Shown piece by piece: positions 11,672-21,459 of a DNA stretch of 32,000 nucleotides. Below the pieces are notes generated by a model, which had not been told where the DNA came from, searched no databases, and worked only from the letters and a program-made list of their open reading frames with translations. The translations under genes were made by a program, and so were the position numbers. The DNA comes from Synechococcus elongatus PCC 6301 (GTDB lineage Bacteria; Cyanobacteriota; Cyanobacteriia; Synechococcales; Synechococcaceae). The DNA is taken from the NCBI RefSeq assembly GCF_000010065.1, contig NC_006576.1, forward strand, positions 2,280,001 through 2,312,000, given 5' to 3'. Numbering within the stretch: position 1 is the first letter of the stretch; the number at the start of each line of letters is the position of its first letter.

Positions 11672-11756
11672 CGGAGAGGGTGGGATTCGAACCCACGGAA
11701 CCTTGCGGTTCAAACGATTTCAAGTCGTTCGCATTCGACCACTCTGCCACCTCTCC
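11672..11756 (-). tRNA. tRNA-Ser (anticodon UGA)
   Basis: Minus strand GGAGAGGTGGCAGAGTGGTCGAATGCGAACGACTTGAAATCGTTTGAACCGCAAGGTTCCGTGGGTTCGAATCCCACCCTCTCCG: acceptor GGAGAGG/CCTCTCC, anticodon stem AACGA/TCGTT with loop CTTGAAA, variable arm, TTCGAAT T-loop. Confidence 0.97.
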
Positions 11757-11846
11757 AAGGTTGGCTGCGCAATAACCGGAGACGAAGCAGTCCCAGCAAT
11801 CACTGCTTGATTGTACTCAATTCCGCGCTCAGACTCCAGCCATGGC

Positions 11847-12209
11847 CTAGGTTAGCGGACTCAGGGGGGACTGTTCGCGCTCTAGCGTGCACAGTTGCGC
11901 GTAGGTCGAGACTTTGCGCTCCAGTGGAATATCCATCGCTTTGAGGCGATCGCGGAGCCAGTCTGCAAACTCAGTCCCCTGTAGCCGCAACAGCTCAGCT
12001 TGATCGAGGAGTGTCAGGGCTTCCCGCCAAAAGGCAAGCTCTTCCTCGGGGGCTTGCATCTCCACCAGCCCCTCCAAACCCTGACCACTCTCAGGGTGAA
12101 TAGCGGTTGAAAACTGAATGCCCTGACCATTGCGGAGGTGACGCAACACCATCACGAGCACACTCTCGATCGCGGCGGGTTCACCCTCTAAAGAGATGGT
12201 CAATTTCAT
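11847..12209 (-). CDS. Hypothetical protein (120 aa)
   Basis: ORF MKLTISLEGEPAAIESVLVMVLRHLRNGQGIQFSTAIHPESG...; ATG start, plausible coding composition. Confidence 0.55.
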   Translation of the reverse strand: MKLTISLEGEPAAIESVLVMVLRHLRNGQGIQFSTAIHPESGQGLEGLVEMQAPEEELAFWREALTLLDQAELLRLQGTEFADWLRDRLKAMDIPLERKVSTYAQLCTLEREQSPLSPLT

Positions 12210-12397
12210 GGGCAGGGCCTACGCTGCTGACCACTCTAGAGCGGATTAACCCCTAAGAAGACTGGTAGCAACAGCGTGAATTGGGGCGAGATGAGCGATC
12301 GCCGTGGACCCGATTACCTCAGAAAACTGAGGGTTGCTGCGCAGAAATACCCCGCGATCGCAAGACTCGCATTGGGAGCGCGATGGGAATCCTGAAA

Positions 12398-12649
12398 TCA
12401 AGAGATCATCTTCTCGTGGTGAACGGGGACTGAGATTTCTAGACGGCCGCCATTGCGCATGTCGAGATTGTTGACGCTATAGAAATTCGCTTTAATTCCA
12501 AACTGATCGAGTTCCTTGGCCAGTTCTTCAATCAGAACTTTCTCAACTTGGGGCAATTCATCCGCAACAACATTGATCAATTTGGCTGCTAACTTTCCGA
12601 CCCGCTGGCGGATGATTTCATGGGGATTGGTAATTTCAATCAGAATCAT
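12398..12649 (-). CDS. Hypothetical protein (83 aa)
   Basis: ORF MILIEITNPHEIIRQRVGKLAAKLINVVADELPQVEKVLIEELAKELDQFGIKANFYSVNNLDMRNGGRLEISVPVHHEKMIS. Confidence 0.6.
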   Translation of the reverse strand: MILIEITNPHEIIRQRVGKLAAKLINVVADELPQVEKVLIEELAKELDQFGIKANFYSVNNLDMRNGGRLEISVPVHHEKMIS

Positions 12650-12725
12650 GATCGTTTAGAAGCAATCAGGGCAGGAACAGCAGCAAATCGTGCGATCGCC
12701 AAATATAGAAGGTTCTAGCCGCTGC

Positions 12726-13034
12726 TCACAGTCGTTTATAAAACTCTTCAAGAACTTCAATCAGCGCTGTGACGCAGGACATAGGAATCAGGTCGAGCAG
12801 TGAAATTTGACGGCGACCGCCGCCAACTTTGACGGGAAACTGACTCAAGGTCGTCATGACCGTGTTTTCATCAATCTGGCCTTGCTCCAACGAAGGAAGC
12901 AGAAGTTCTGCCAGTCGTCGGCTGAGCTTTGCATCATCGAGGTAGAGATGCCACTGAGCAATATCGAGATAGATTTGATCGCCAATTTCAGCTGCCAATT
13001 GTTCGAGCAGCTCGGTTGAGATGGCATAGCTCAT
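12726..13034 (-). CDS. DUF3181-like conserved cyanobacterial protein
   Basis: MSYAISTELLEQLAAEIGDQIYLDIAQWHLYLDDAKLSRRLAELLLPSLEQG...; resembles the DUF3181 pattern from memory. Confidence 0.65.
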   Translation of the reverse strand: MSYAISTELLEQLAAEIGDQIYLDIAQWHLYLDDAKLSRRLAELLLPSLEQGQIDENTVMTTLSQFPVKVGGGRRQISLLDLIPMSCVTALIEVLEEFYKRL

Positions 13035-13097
13035 AGCGGTGTCAGGGGTTTTTGCCCCCCTACCCTAGCCTCCTCCTTGGAGCGATCGTGAATTTCT

Positions 13098-13343
13098 TCA
13101 CTGGGCTTCAGATTTATCCGGACGATCGCGCCAAATAAAGATCGCATGTAGGCCCAAACCGGCAAACCAGAGCAGCGTCACCGTCGAGAGATGCTCAAAC
13201 GGATGCCCGAGCTGTTGAAAAAACCACAGCCCAGAATTGATTGCTGAAAACAGGGCGATGTGCAGGGCAAAGTTGATGCGATTTTCGAGGCGACGGTAGG
13301 CCGGATCGTTGGGGTCGGGTTCGCGGGGCCAGCGTGGAGGCAT
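13098..13343 (-). CDS. 2TM-domain-containing small membrane protein
   Basis: MPPRWPREPDPNDPAYRRLENRINFALHIALFSAINSGLWFFQQLGHPFEHLSTVTLLWFAGLGLHAIFIW...: two hydrophobic helices with N/W residues typical of 2TM domains. Confidence 0.68.
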   Translation of the reverse strand: MPPRWPREPDPNDPAYRRLENRINFALHIALFSAINSGLWFFQQLGHPFEHLSTVTLLWFAGLGLHAIFIWRDRPDKSEAQ

Positions 13344-13496
13344 GACAAGACTATCGGCTGTGTTTTTCGTAGCTTAGCGGACGCCGGGATCAGCATTGGT
13401 GCCACTCCGGCCTTCAGCGAGCCAGCCTCTGAAGACCGTTAGAGCGGACTGCTAGAGTGGGCTGGTCATGCTGCTGTTCTTTTCTTTTGTCTACGC

Positions 13497-14948
13497 GTGT
13501 GGTTTCGACTTCCCTTTGAACGACGGGCGATCGCAGCTTTGCTGGTCCTGTTCTTCTGCAGTCTCGTCCTAGTGACCGTGGGCGATCGCAGCCGACCGAC
13601 GGTGCGTTGGTTCAACTGGGCCGATCGCGCTGTGGGAGCCGACGCCACCGCGATGTTGTTCACCTTTAGCCGTCCGATGGAACCGGCTTCCATCGAGTCA
13701 TCGTTTGAACTCACACCAACCTTCCCTGGCCGGTTTAGCTGGGCAGGTCGGCGCTTGGCATTCACGCCGGAATTACCGCTGCCCTACGGCTTGGAGTATC
13801 AGGTGCAGATGGCTAGCGGTCAGGAAAAGCGATCGCCTGCCCGTAGCCTCACACCGTTTGAGGCCAAGTTCCGGACCCACGATCGTGCCTTTGCCTATCT
13901 CGGAATTGAGGGGGAAGAAGAAGGGCGACTGCTGCTCTATAACCTGACGCGTCAGCAACAGCAAATATTGACGCCTCCCGATTGGGTGGTGCTTGATTTT
14001 CTGCCCTATCCCCACGGCGATCGCATTTTGTTTAGTGCAATTCCTCGCCAAGAAAGCGCCACGATCGCAGCGGCGGCGCTCTACAGCGTTACCACTGGCC
14101 TCAACTACTGCAATCCAGAACCTGGCCCTTGTCAGCCGCGATCGCGGGGCGGCGAAGTTCAAGAAATCCTCAGCAGCAACGACTATCAAAACCTTGCCTT
14201 CGACCTCTCCGCCGATGGGCAGACGATTATCGTGCTGCGCAGCAACAAAAAGATTGCTAATGCTGCCCTAGAACTCTGGAAGCTGCCTGCTGAGGGCGAC
14301 CCCAGTGTCATTCAGCGGGATCCGGGCGGTGAGTTTCGCATTGCCCCAGACAACAACTCCTTGGTTATTGCCCAAGGCCAGGGCTTGGCTGTACTGCCCC
14401 TCGAACCTGGGAGTCAACCCCTCGATTTCTTGCCCCAATTTGGGCGTGTGTTGGGCTTTAGTCGAGATGGCACGCAAGCTGCGACTGTCCGTTTTAACTC
14501 CGACTTTAGCCAGTCATTATTTTGGGTGGACAGCGCTGGCAACCGTCGCGAACTGCGCAGCGTTGATGGGGAAATCCTCAGTGCTGACTTCTCTCCCAAC
14601 CGCAAGGCGATTTATAGCCTGCTTAGCGACAGCGATGATGCGGAATTTCTCTCGCTGATTGCCTTTGACCTCCAGGCTGATAAGCCCACCGGCACCCTAC
14701 TCCTCAAAATTCCGCGTGAAGGGCCGGTCAGCCTCGACTTAGCCCCGGATGGATTAGCGGTCATTTTTGATCAGCCGATCGCCCCAGACAAGACTGCAGT
14801 TAACCGTTCAGCGGTTGAGAGTGTCAGTAGTCAATTGTGGGTGTTGCCGCTGTCGCCACCTGGCAGCCAACTAGCCCAAGCGGAGACTCAACTGCCACTC
14901 CCCAAGGCTCTGTCCCTCCAAGGGGTTCGTCCGCGTTGGGTGCCTTAG
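13497..14948 (+). CDS. Secreted or membrane-anchored protein with an Ig-like N-terminal domain and WD/TolB-like repeats
   Basis: 483-aa ORF, N-terminal TM (AIAALLVLFFCSLVLVTV), FTFSRPMEPASIESSFELTPTFPGRFSWAGRRLAFTPELPLPYGLEYQVQM (bacterial Ig-like), then repeated blade-like segments. Confidence 0.6.
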   Translation: MWFRLPFERRAIAALLVLFFCSLVLVTVGDRSRPTVRWFNWADRAVGADATAMLFTFSRPMEPASIESSFELTPTFPGRFSWAGRRLAFTPELPLPYGLEYQVQMASGQEKRSPARSLTPFEAKFRTHDRAFAYLGIEGEEEGRLLLYNLTRQQQQILTPPDWVVLDFLPYPHGDRILFSAIPRQESATIAAAALYSVTTGLNYCNPEPGPCQPRSRGGEVQEILSSNDYQNLAFDLSADGQTIIVLRSNKKIANAALELWKLPAEGDPSVIQRDPGGEFRIAPDNNSLVIAQGQGLAVLPLEPGSQPLDFLPQFGRVLGFSRDGTQAATVRFNSDFSQSLFWVDSAGNRRELRSVDGEILSADFSPNRKAIYSLLSDSDDAEFLSLIAFDLQADKPTGTLLLKIPREGPVSLDLAPDGLAVIFDQPIAPDKTAVNRSAVESVSSQLWVLPLSPPGSQLAQAETQLPLPKALSLQGVRPRWVP

Positions 14949-15064
14949 TCAGCATCGAGGGGCGATCGCGGTTGGTAACTCACAACTCAATCGTTCTTCA
15001 AATTTCTGCTGCCCACTATATTCCCGCTGCAAACTGAGAGCATCGATCGCCCTCAGATAAGCCC

Positions 15065-15544
15065 ATGACTGCATTTCAGGCTCGATTGCGCTGGCCTCTG
15101 TTGGCGCTACTGCTGGTCGTGTCTGGGCCGCCGGCTAACGCTGACACAGTCACGGGTTCAGGTAACCTGCGACAGCAGCGACCCGTGCAGCGACTCCAAG
15201 GCAATTGCCCCACTCAAATTCAACTCACGACGAGTTGGCGCTGGTATGAAGGAGGCGGGGAGCATCTGGTAATCCCAGAGACGACGGCTACGGCGGGGCG
15301 ATCGCGCTATGTGACTGGAACTGCCAAGACCGCTGAATATCAAGCGCCGTTGCTGCCTGATTTTGCTTCCTGTGTCGCAGAAGTGCGGCCCAGTGCCGAC
15401 TTCCCCTATCGCTTGGTCTGGAAGGCGGGTCGCCTCACTTTTCGGGTCGAACTACCTGCCGATACGCCAGCCAATCCCTCTCGGATCAGCCAACGAGCCA
15501 TTCTGGACGGCCGTCCCTACGTGCGCTGGCAAATTGCGGACTAG
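15065..15544 (+). CDS. Hypothetical exported protein (signal peptide)
   Basis: MTAFQARLRWPLLALLLVVSGPPANADTVTGSG...: signal-peptide-like N-terminus with an ANA-D cleavage context. Confidence 0.6.
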   Translation: MTAFQARLRWPLLALLLVVSGPPANADTVTGSGNLRQQRPVQRLQGNCPTQIQLTTSWRWYEGGGEHLVIPETTATAGRSRYVTGTAKTAEYQAPLLPDFASCVAEVRPSADFPYRLVWKAGRLTFRVELPADTPANPSRISQRAILDGRPYVRWQIAD

Positions 15545-15607
15545 TGCTGTGGGGTCAGCGATCGGGATCAAGATCGCTAGAGTAAAAGGCGGTTAAGGGA
15601 TTGCCCG

Positions 15608-17539
15608 ATGATCGCTGCGACGCCAATGCCACTGCTGAAGCAACCCGATCGCCTGGAAGCGCGATTGCGGGAGCTACCGGCTGAGCCCGGCGTTTATTTC
15701 ATGCGTGATGCCAGCGATCGCATTCTCTACATCGGCAAAAGCAAAAAGCTGCGATCGCGGGTGCGTTCCTATTTCCGTGACCTCGAGCGGCTTAACCCCC
15801 GCATCAATTTGATGGTGCGGCAAGTTTGTGAAATCGAAATTATTGTTACCGATACAGAAGCTGAGGCACTTGCTCTCGAAGCAAACCTGATTAAACAGCA
15901 TCAGCCCCATTTCAATGTCCTGCTCAAGGACGACAAGAAATATCCCTATCTCTGCATCACTTGGAGCGATGACTATCCTCGTATTTTTATCACTCGCAAA
16001 CGGCGACTAGGGAATAGTCGCGATCGCTACTACGGCCCCTACGTTGATACGCGCTTACTGCGCCACACACTCTTTTTAGTCAAGCGTTTGTTTCCGCTGC
16101 GGCAGCGACCCCAACCGCTGTTCAAAGATCGCACTTGCCTGAATTACGACATTGGTCGCTGCCCAGGGGTCTGTCAGTCGTTAATCCGACCGGATGACTA
16201 TCGCAAGACACTGCAGAAAGTCGCGATGATCTTCCAAGGGCGCAGCAGCGAATTAGTGGAGCTGCTCGAAGCGCAAATGCTGCAGGCAGCCGAGAATTTA
16301 GAGTTTGAAAAAGCAGCGAAAATTCGTGATCAAATTCGTGGCCTGGAAGGCTTAGGGGCGGAGCAGAAAGTGCAGCTCCCGGATGACCGAATCTCGCGAG
16401 ATGCGATCGCGCTGGCAATGGATGAGCAGCATGCTTGCATCCAACTCTTTCAGATTCGGGCGGGTAAGTTAGTCGGTCGACTAGGGTTTGTGGCGGATGC
16501 TCAATCGGGTAGTGCTGCTGCGATCGCGCAACGGGTGTTAGAAGAGCATTACGCCAGCGTTGATTCGGTGGAAATTCCTCAAGAAGTCCTCGTTCAGCAC
16601 GACCTCCCTGAAGCAGAATTGCTAGAAGTTTGGCTCTCGGAGCGGCGGGGCCGCAAAGTCGAGATCCTGTCTCCACAACGGCAGATCAAAGCTGACCTCA
16701 TCGCCATGGTCGAGCGCAATGCAGAGTACGAACTGGCCAGAACTCAGCAGTCGGCAGAACGCCATACTGCCTCACTGATTGATCTGGCGGATCTGTTGGA
16801 TTTGCCCGAGTTACCTCGACGAATTGAAGGCTACGATATTTCCCACATTCAAGGGTCGGATGCGGTGGCTTCGCAGGTGGTCTTCATTGATGGCTTACCC
16901 GCCAAGCAACACTATCGCCGCTACAAGATTCGCAACCCTGAAGTTCGCGCCGGTCATTCCGATGACTTCGCCAGTTTAGCGGAGGTGCTCCACCGGCGTT
17001 TCCGCAAGTTTGCGGAGGCGAAGGCCCGAGGTGAATCCTTGGCACCCAGTGAACAACGACAAGGTAGTTTATTGCGACCGGATGACCTCGCAGATTTCCC
17101 CGATCTGGTGATGATTGATGGCGGTAAAGGACAACTCTCAGCTGTTGTCGAAGTTCTGCGCAATCTGAATCTGCTGGAGGATGTCAAGCTCTGCAGCTTG
17201 GCTAAGAAGCGTGAGGAAATTTTCTTGCCAGGAGCTTCCGATCCGCTGCCAACGGATGCCGAACAACCGGGCGTCCAATTACTCCGGCGGCTGCGCGATG
17301 AAGCCCACCGCTTTGCGGTTAGTTTTCATCGCCAGAAACGAACGGAACGGATGCGGCGATCGCGCTTGGATGACATTCCGGGGTTGGGCCACAAGCGCCA
17401 GAAAGAGCTGCTGGCTCACTTCCGTTCAATTGACTATTTGCGATTGGCAACGCCTGAACAAATTGCCGAAGTGCCCGGTATTGGCGCAGTTCTTGCCCAG
17501 CAAATTTGGGGCTATTTCCATCCCAGCGAAACAGCTTGA
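15608..17539 (+). CDS. uvrC: Excinuclease ABC subunit C
   Basis: [37 protein letters not shown] (GIY-YIG), ECDISHIQG-like [31 protein letters not shown]-terminal Hh[18 protein letters not shown]. Confidence 0.97.
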   Translation: MIAATPMPLLKQPDRLEARLRELPAEPGVYFMRDASDRILYIGKSKKLRSRVRSYFRDLERLNPRINLMVRQVCEIEIIVTDTEAEALALEANLIKQHQPHFNVLLKDDKKYPYLCITWSDDYPRIFITRKRRLGNSRDRYYGPYVDTRLLRHTLFLVKRLFPLRQRPQPLFKDRTCLNYDIGRCPGVCQSLIRPDDYRKTLQKVAMIFQGRSSELVELLEAQMLQAAENLEFEKAAKIRDQIRGLEGLGAEQKVQLPDDRISRDAIALAMDEQHACIQLFQIRAGKLVGRLGFVADAQSGSAAAIAQRVLEEHYASVDSVEIPQEVLVQHDLPEAELLEVWLSERRGRKVEILSPQRQIKADLIAMVERNAEYELARTQQSAERHTASLIDLADLLDLPELPRRIEGYDISHIQGSDAVASQVVFIDGLPAKQHYRRYKIRNPEVRAGHSDDFASLAEVLHRRFRKFAEAKARGESLAPSEQRQGSLLRPDDLADFPDLVMIDGGKGQLSAVVEVLRNLNLLEDVKLCSLAKKREEIFLPGASDPLPTDAEQPGVQLLRRLRDEAHRFAVSFHRQKRTERMRRSRLDDIPGLGHKRQKELLAHFRSIDYLRLATPEQIAEVPGIGAVLAQQIWGYFHPSETA

Positions 17540-17544
17540 GTTCT

Positions 17545-17598
17545 AAAAAAAGCGATCGCACCGTTTTCCTTCCGGCTGGGAGGGTTGATGCGATCGCT
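17545..17598 (-). terminator. Rho-independent-like terminator of pdhA, with both stem arms being HIP1 sites
   Basis: Minus strand: AGCGATCGCA...(28 nt)...TGCGATCGCT followed by TTTTTT; perfect 10-bp inverted repeat (17551-17560 / 17589-17598) between convergent uvrC and pdhA. Confidence 0.6.
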
Positions 17599-17619
17599 AG
17601 CTTGTCGTCAGACCTCGGC

Positions 17620-18648
17620 TTAGTCTTCTGCCCAGATGTAGCGGGTCAGCTCTTCCGGCTTCGGTTCAGGGCTGGAGATCGCAAATTCCACCGCCTCAGC
17701 AACCAAAGCTTCGATCTTCTTATCGATTGCTTTCAGTTCTTCGTGAGTTGCCAGATTGAACTCCGTTAGATGTGCCGCAAAGCGTTTGATCGGATCGCGA
17801 GCCAACCAGAACTCTTTCTCTTCTTTTGAGCGAAGTTCATCCGGATCCGCCAGCGAGTGGCCCCGGAAGCGATAGGTCAATGCCTCAATCAGTGTCGGGC
17901 CTTCACCCGCTCTTGCCCGCGCGATCGCCTCTTGTGCCACGGCGCGGACTGCCAAGACATCCATCCCGTCGACTTCGACGCCGGGCATGCCGAAGGCAGG
18001 GCCTTTTTTGTAGATTTCCGGATCGGAGGTTGCCCGCTCATGGGACATCCCGATCGCCCATTTGTTGTTCTCTACCACAAACAGGATCGGCAACTTCCAG
18101 AGCGTCGCCATGTTCAAGCATTCGAAGAACTGGCCGTTGTTAGCCGCGCCATCACCGAAGAAACAGGCTGTGACTTGATCTGCGCTGGTGTCGCCCAAGG
18201 CATTGCGGCGGTAGGCCGTAGTAAATGCTGCACCCGTAGCGACGGGAATCCCTTCAGCTACAAAGGCAAAGCCGCCCAGCAAATTGTGCTCAGCCGAGAA
18301 CAAGTGCATCGAGCCGCCCCGACCGCGACTGCAGCCGGTCTCTTTCCCAAAGAGTTCCGCCATCACCTGACGGGCAGGGACGCCCGCACTCAAGGCATGG
18401 ACGTGATCGCGATAGGTGCTGCAGACGTAGTCATCTGATCGCATGGCCTTGATAATGCCGCTGGCAACCGCCTCTTGCCCGTTGTAGAGGTGGACGAAGC
18501 CAAACATCTTGCCGCGGTAATACATCTCCGCACACTTGTCCTCGAAGGTGCGGCCTAGAACCATGTCCTCATAGATGCGCAGGCCTTCCTCGCGACTGAC
18601 CTGAGCCTGAGAAGCCTGAAAACTAGGCAGTGTACGTTCCTGAACCAT
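17620..18648 (-). CDS. pdhA: Pyruvate dehydrogenase E1 component alpha subunit (ORF opens at 18675)
   Basis: [46 protein letters not shown] motif [48 protein letters not shown]. Confidence 0.95.
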   Translation of the reverse strand: MVQERTLPSFQASQAQVSREEGLRIYEDMVLGRTFEDKCAEMYYRGKMFGFVHLYNGQEAVASGIIKAMRSDDYVCSTYRDHVHALSAGVPARQVMAELFGKETGCSRGRGGSMHLFSAEHNLLGGFAFVAEGIPVATGAAFTTAYRRNALGDTSADQVTACFFGDGAANNGQFFECLNMATLWKLPILFVVENNKWAIGMSHERATSDPEIYKKGPAFGMPGVEVDGMDVLAVRAVAQEAIARARAGEGPTLIEALTYRFRGHSLADPDELRSKEEKEFWLARDPIKRFAAHLTEFNLATHEELKAIDKKIEALVAEAVEFAISSPEPKPEELTRYIWAED

Positions 18649-18998
18649 AGCGGCGGCGTTCCGGTGATAGAGCACGAGCTTGCCGACTAAAGGCTAAGCA
18701 TCGCCATTCCTTAGATTAAAGCAGTCTGTCGGCGGCGCTGTGCCGGTTAACACCAGTCTGTCGCTGACAGCGGTTGCCTTTCTGGGGCTTGCCTGTGGGG
18801 TCGAGTAACCGATCGCTGGGATAAGAGTTGGTGCTTCTGGCTCTCAAGAATAGGGTTTTCCGTCGCGTATTCCCGATCACATCCCCCTGTGTCTGCTACG
18901 GAGATAACGCCGATCACTCAACAGAATTGGTAAGTTGACGGTCAAGTTGGGATGATGAAGTCGGCTCAAGCTGGCGATCCGGATCTGGTGGGTGTTCT

Positions 18999-20894
18999 GT
19001 GCGTATTCCTCTCGATTACTACCGAATTCTCTGTGTTGGCGTGCAAGCCTCGGCAGACAAACTTGCCGAAAGCTACCGCGATCGCCTCAACCAATCGCCC
19101 TCCCATGAGTTTTCAGAGCTGGCATTGCAGGCGCGGCGGCAACTCCTCGAAGCAGCGATTGCTGAGCTGAGTGATCCCGAACAGCGCGATCGCTACGATC
19201 GCCGCTTTTTTCAGGGCGGTCTGGAAGCGATTGAACCAAGCCTAGAACTCGAAGACTGGCAGCGAATTGGAGCCCTGCTGATCCTGCTGGAATTGGGGGA
19301 ATACGATCGCGTTTCGCAACTGGCTGAGGAACTCCTGCCAGACTACGACGCGAGCGCAGAAGTACGCGATCAGTTCGCGCGGGGTGATATCGCCTTGGCG
19401 ATCGCACTATCCCAGCAATCCCTCGGTCGAGAATGCCGTCAGCAGGGTCTGTACGAACAGGCCGCCCAGCACTTTGGCCGCAGCCAGTCTGCCCTAGCCG
19501 ATCATCAGCGCTTTCCTGAACTGAGTCGAACCCTGCACCAAGAACAAGGACAGCTACGGCCCTATCGCATTTTGGAGCGGTTGGCCCAGCCCTTGACTGC
19601 CGATAGCGATCGCCAGCAGGGTTTGCTGTTGTTGCAGGCGATGTTGGACGACCGGCAGGGCATTGAAGGCCCTGGGGATGATGGCTCGGGGCTGACCCTT
19701 GATAACTTTTTGATGTTTCTCCAGCAAATTCGCGGCTATCTGACCCTGGCTGAACAGCAGTTGCTGTTTGAATCGGAAGCGCGTCGGCCCTCGCCGGCTG
19801 CGAGCTTTTTTGCCTGCTACACCCTGATTGCGCGGGGCTTTTGCGATCACCAACCCTCGTTGATCCATCGCGCCAGCTTGCTCTTGCATGAACTCAAGAG
19901 CCGCATGGATGTGCACATCGAACAGGCGATCGCCAGCCTATTGCTCGGACAGCCCGAAGAAGCTGAGGCGCTACTCGTCCAGAGCCAAGATGAGGAAACC
20001 CTCAGCCAAATCCGTGCCCTAGCCCAAGGGGAAGCCCTGATCGTCGGTTTGTGCCGATTCACGGAAACCTGGCTAGCGACCAAGGTATTTCCGGATTTCC
20101 GCGACCTCAAGGAAAGGACTGCGCCGCTGCAGCCCTACTTTGACGACCCCGATGTCCAGACCTATCTGGATGCGATCGTGGAGTTGCCGTCCGATTTGAT
20201 GCCAACGCCGCTACCCGTTGAGCCGCTTGAGGTGCGATCGTCGTTGCTGGCCAAGGAACTGCCGACCCCAGCAACGCCTGGTGTAGCTCCACCCCCTCGC
20301 CGCCGTCGCCGCGATCGCTCCGAACGTCCTGCTCGCACGGCCAAACGCTTGCCCTTGCCCTGGATTGGTTTGGGGGTTGTGGTGGTTCTCGGCGGTGGAA
20401 CAGGGGTTTGGGCTTGGCGATCGCGTTCCAATTCCACCCCGCCGACCCCGCCCCCCGTGGTTCAAACGCTGCCTGAGGCGGTACCTGCCCCTTCGCCCGC
20501 GCCAGTTACCGTTGCCCTCGATCGGGCTCAGGCTGAAACTGTGTTGCAAAACTGGTTGGCCGCTAAAGCTGCAGCCTTGGGGCCTCAATACGATCGCGAT
20601 CGCTTAGCGACGGTGCTGACCGGTGAGGTTCTGCAGACTTGGCAGGGTTTTTCTAGCCAGCAGGCCAACACCCAGCTCACATCACAGTTCGATCACAAGT
20701 TAACCGTCGACTCAGTTCAGCTCAGTGACGGTGATCAACGAGCAGTAGTCCAAGCCAAGGTCGATGAAGTTGAGCAGGTCTATCGAGGCGACCAGCTGCT
20801 CGAAACGCGCCGAGATTTGGGCTTGGTGATCCGCTACCAGCTCGTGCGCGAGAACAACATCTGGAAAATTGCTTCGATTAGTTTGGTGCGCTAG
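18999..20894 (+). CDS. ftn2: Cell division protein Ftn2/ZipN (ARC6 homologue), GTG start
   Basis: 631 aa with divergent DnaJ-like N-terminus (IPLDYYRILCVGVQASADKLAESYRDRLNQSPSHEFSELALQARRQLLEAAIAELSDPEQRDRYDRRFF), one TM near residue 470 (LPLPWIGLGVVVVLGGGTGVWAW), Pro-rich linker, C-terminal IMS-like domain. Confidence 0.9.
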   Translation: MRIPLDYYRILCVGVQASADKLAESYRDRLNQSPSHEFSELALQARRQLLEAAIAELSDPEQRDRYDRRFFQGGLEAIEPSLELEDWQRIGALLILLELGEYDRVSQLAEELLPDYDASAEVRDQFARGDIALAIALSQQSLGRECRQQGLYEQAAQHFGRSQSALADHQRFPELSRTLHQEQGQLRPYRILERLAQPLTADSDRQQGLLLLQAMLDDRQGIEGPGDDGSGLTLDNFLMFLQQIRGYLTLAEQQLLFESEARRPSPAASFFACYTLIARGFCDHQPSLIHRASLLLHELKSRMDVHIEQAIASLLLGQPEEAEALLVQSQDEETLSQIRALAQGEALIVGLCRFTETWLATKVFPDFRDLKERTAPLQPYFDDPDVQTYLDAIVELPSDLMPTPLPVEPLEVRSSLLAKELPTPATPGVAPPPRRRRRDRSERPARTAKRLPLPWIGLGVVVVLGGGTGVWAWRSRSNSTPPTPPPVVQTLPEAVPAPSPAPVTVALDRAQAETVLQNWLAAKAAALGPQYDRDRLATVLTGEVLQTWQGFSSQQANTQLTSQFDHKLTVDSVQLSDGDQRAVVQAKVDEVEQVYRGDQLLETRRDLGLVIRYQLVRENNIWKIASISLVR

Positions 20895-20899
20895 GAATT

Positions 20900-20930
20900 C
20901 GCAAGGGGTGAACCCCCTGCGGTCTTTTCT
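20900..20930 (+). terminator. Probable Rho-independent terminator of ftn2
   Basis: CGCAaGGGG-TGAA-CCCCcTGCG followed by GTCTTTTCT, immediately after the ftn2 stop. Confidence 0.6.
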
Positions 20931-20939
20931 GTAGATCCC

Positions 20940-21392
20940 CTAGAGCGATCGCAGAATGTTCAGCGATTCCTGGATGTGCGCTTGGGCATTCAAGAGTGAA
21001 TCAAAAATGTGGCGCACCTTGCCCTCTTTGTCGATCACATAAGTGACGCGACCCGGAATCACAAACAGGGTTTTGGGCACGCCATAGGTTTGACGGAGGC
21101 GATCGCCTGCATCGCTCAGCAGTTGGAAGGGCAAGTTGTATTTCTGGGCAAAGCGCTGGTGCGAATCGATTGAGTCACTGCTGACTCCTAGCACCACAGC
21201 GCCCACTTCCTGAAAAGCCGTGTAGCTATCGCGGAAGCTGCAAGCTTCGATCGTGCAGCCCGGCGTGTCGTCCTTAGGGTAAAAGTAGAGCACAACTGGC
21301 TTTTGGCCCCGAAAGTCGCTCAGGGAAACGGTTGTGCCATCCTGCGCGGGCAGTGAAAAATCGGGCGCGACATCACCAACTGCGATCGCCAT
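20940..21392 (-). CDS. bcp: Peroxiredoxin (Bcp/PrxQ-like)
   Basis: [70 protein letters not shown]. Confidence 0.93.
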   Translation of the reverse strand: MAIAVGDVAPDFSLPAQDGTTVSLSDFRGQKPVVLYFYPKDDTPGCTIEACSFRDSYTAFQEVGAVVLGVSSDSIDSHQRFAQKYNLPFQLLSDAGDRLRQTYGVPKTLFVIPGRVTYVIDKEGKVRHIFDSLLNAQAHIQESLNILRSL

Positions 21393-21459
21393 GGGAATTC
21401 AGCCTTATTGAGGGGTCGCCCGTATCCTGACACGAATCCCCAGTGAGGGTTAAGCCTGC

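Noticed and set aside
11297-11713. Longest version of the minus-strand hypothetical ORF (138 aa)
   Set aside because: Its first residues (MNRKVPWVRIPPSPF) are a translation of the tRNA-Ser 3' half; a start at 11638 is more sensible.
11600-11944. 114-aa + strand ORF containing GWDSNPRNLAVQTISSRSHSTTL
   Set aside because: It reads antisense through tRNA-Ser; the 'GWDSNP' string is the classic spurious translation of a tRNA T-arm.
17857-18438. 193-aa + strand ORF antisense to pdhA
   Set aside because: It lies entirely opposite conserved pdhA TPP-binding sequence; low-complexity shadow ORF with no homologous motif.
18676-18998. About 320-bp divergent pdhA/ftn2 gap with a repeated CAGTCTGTCG, considered as an unusual regulatory element
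   Set aside because: The repeat is short and not accompanied by a clear dyad or conserved box. This is a normal size for two divergent promoters, and I cannot support a specific claim.
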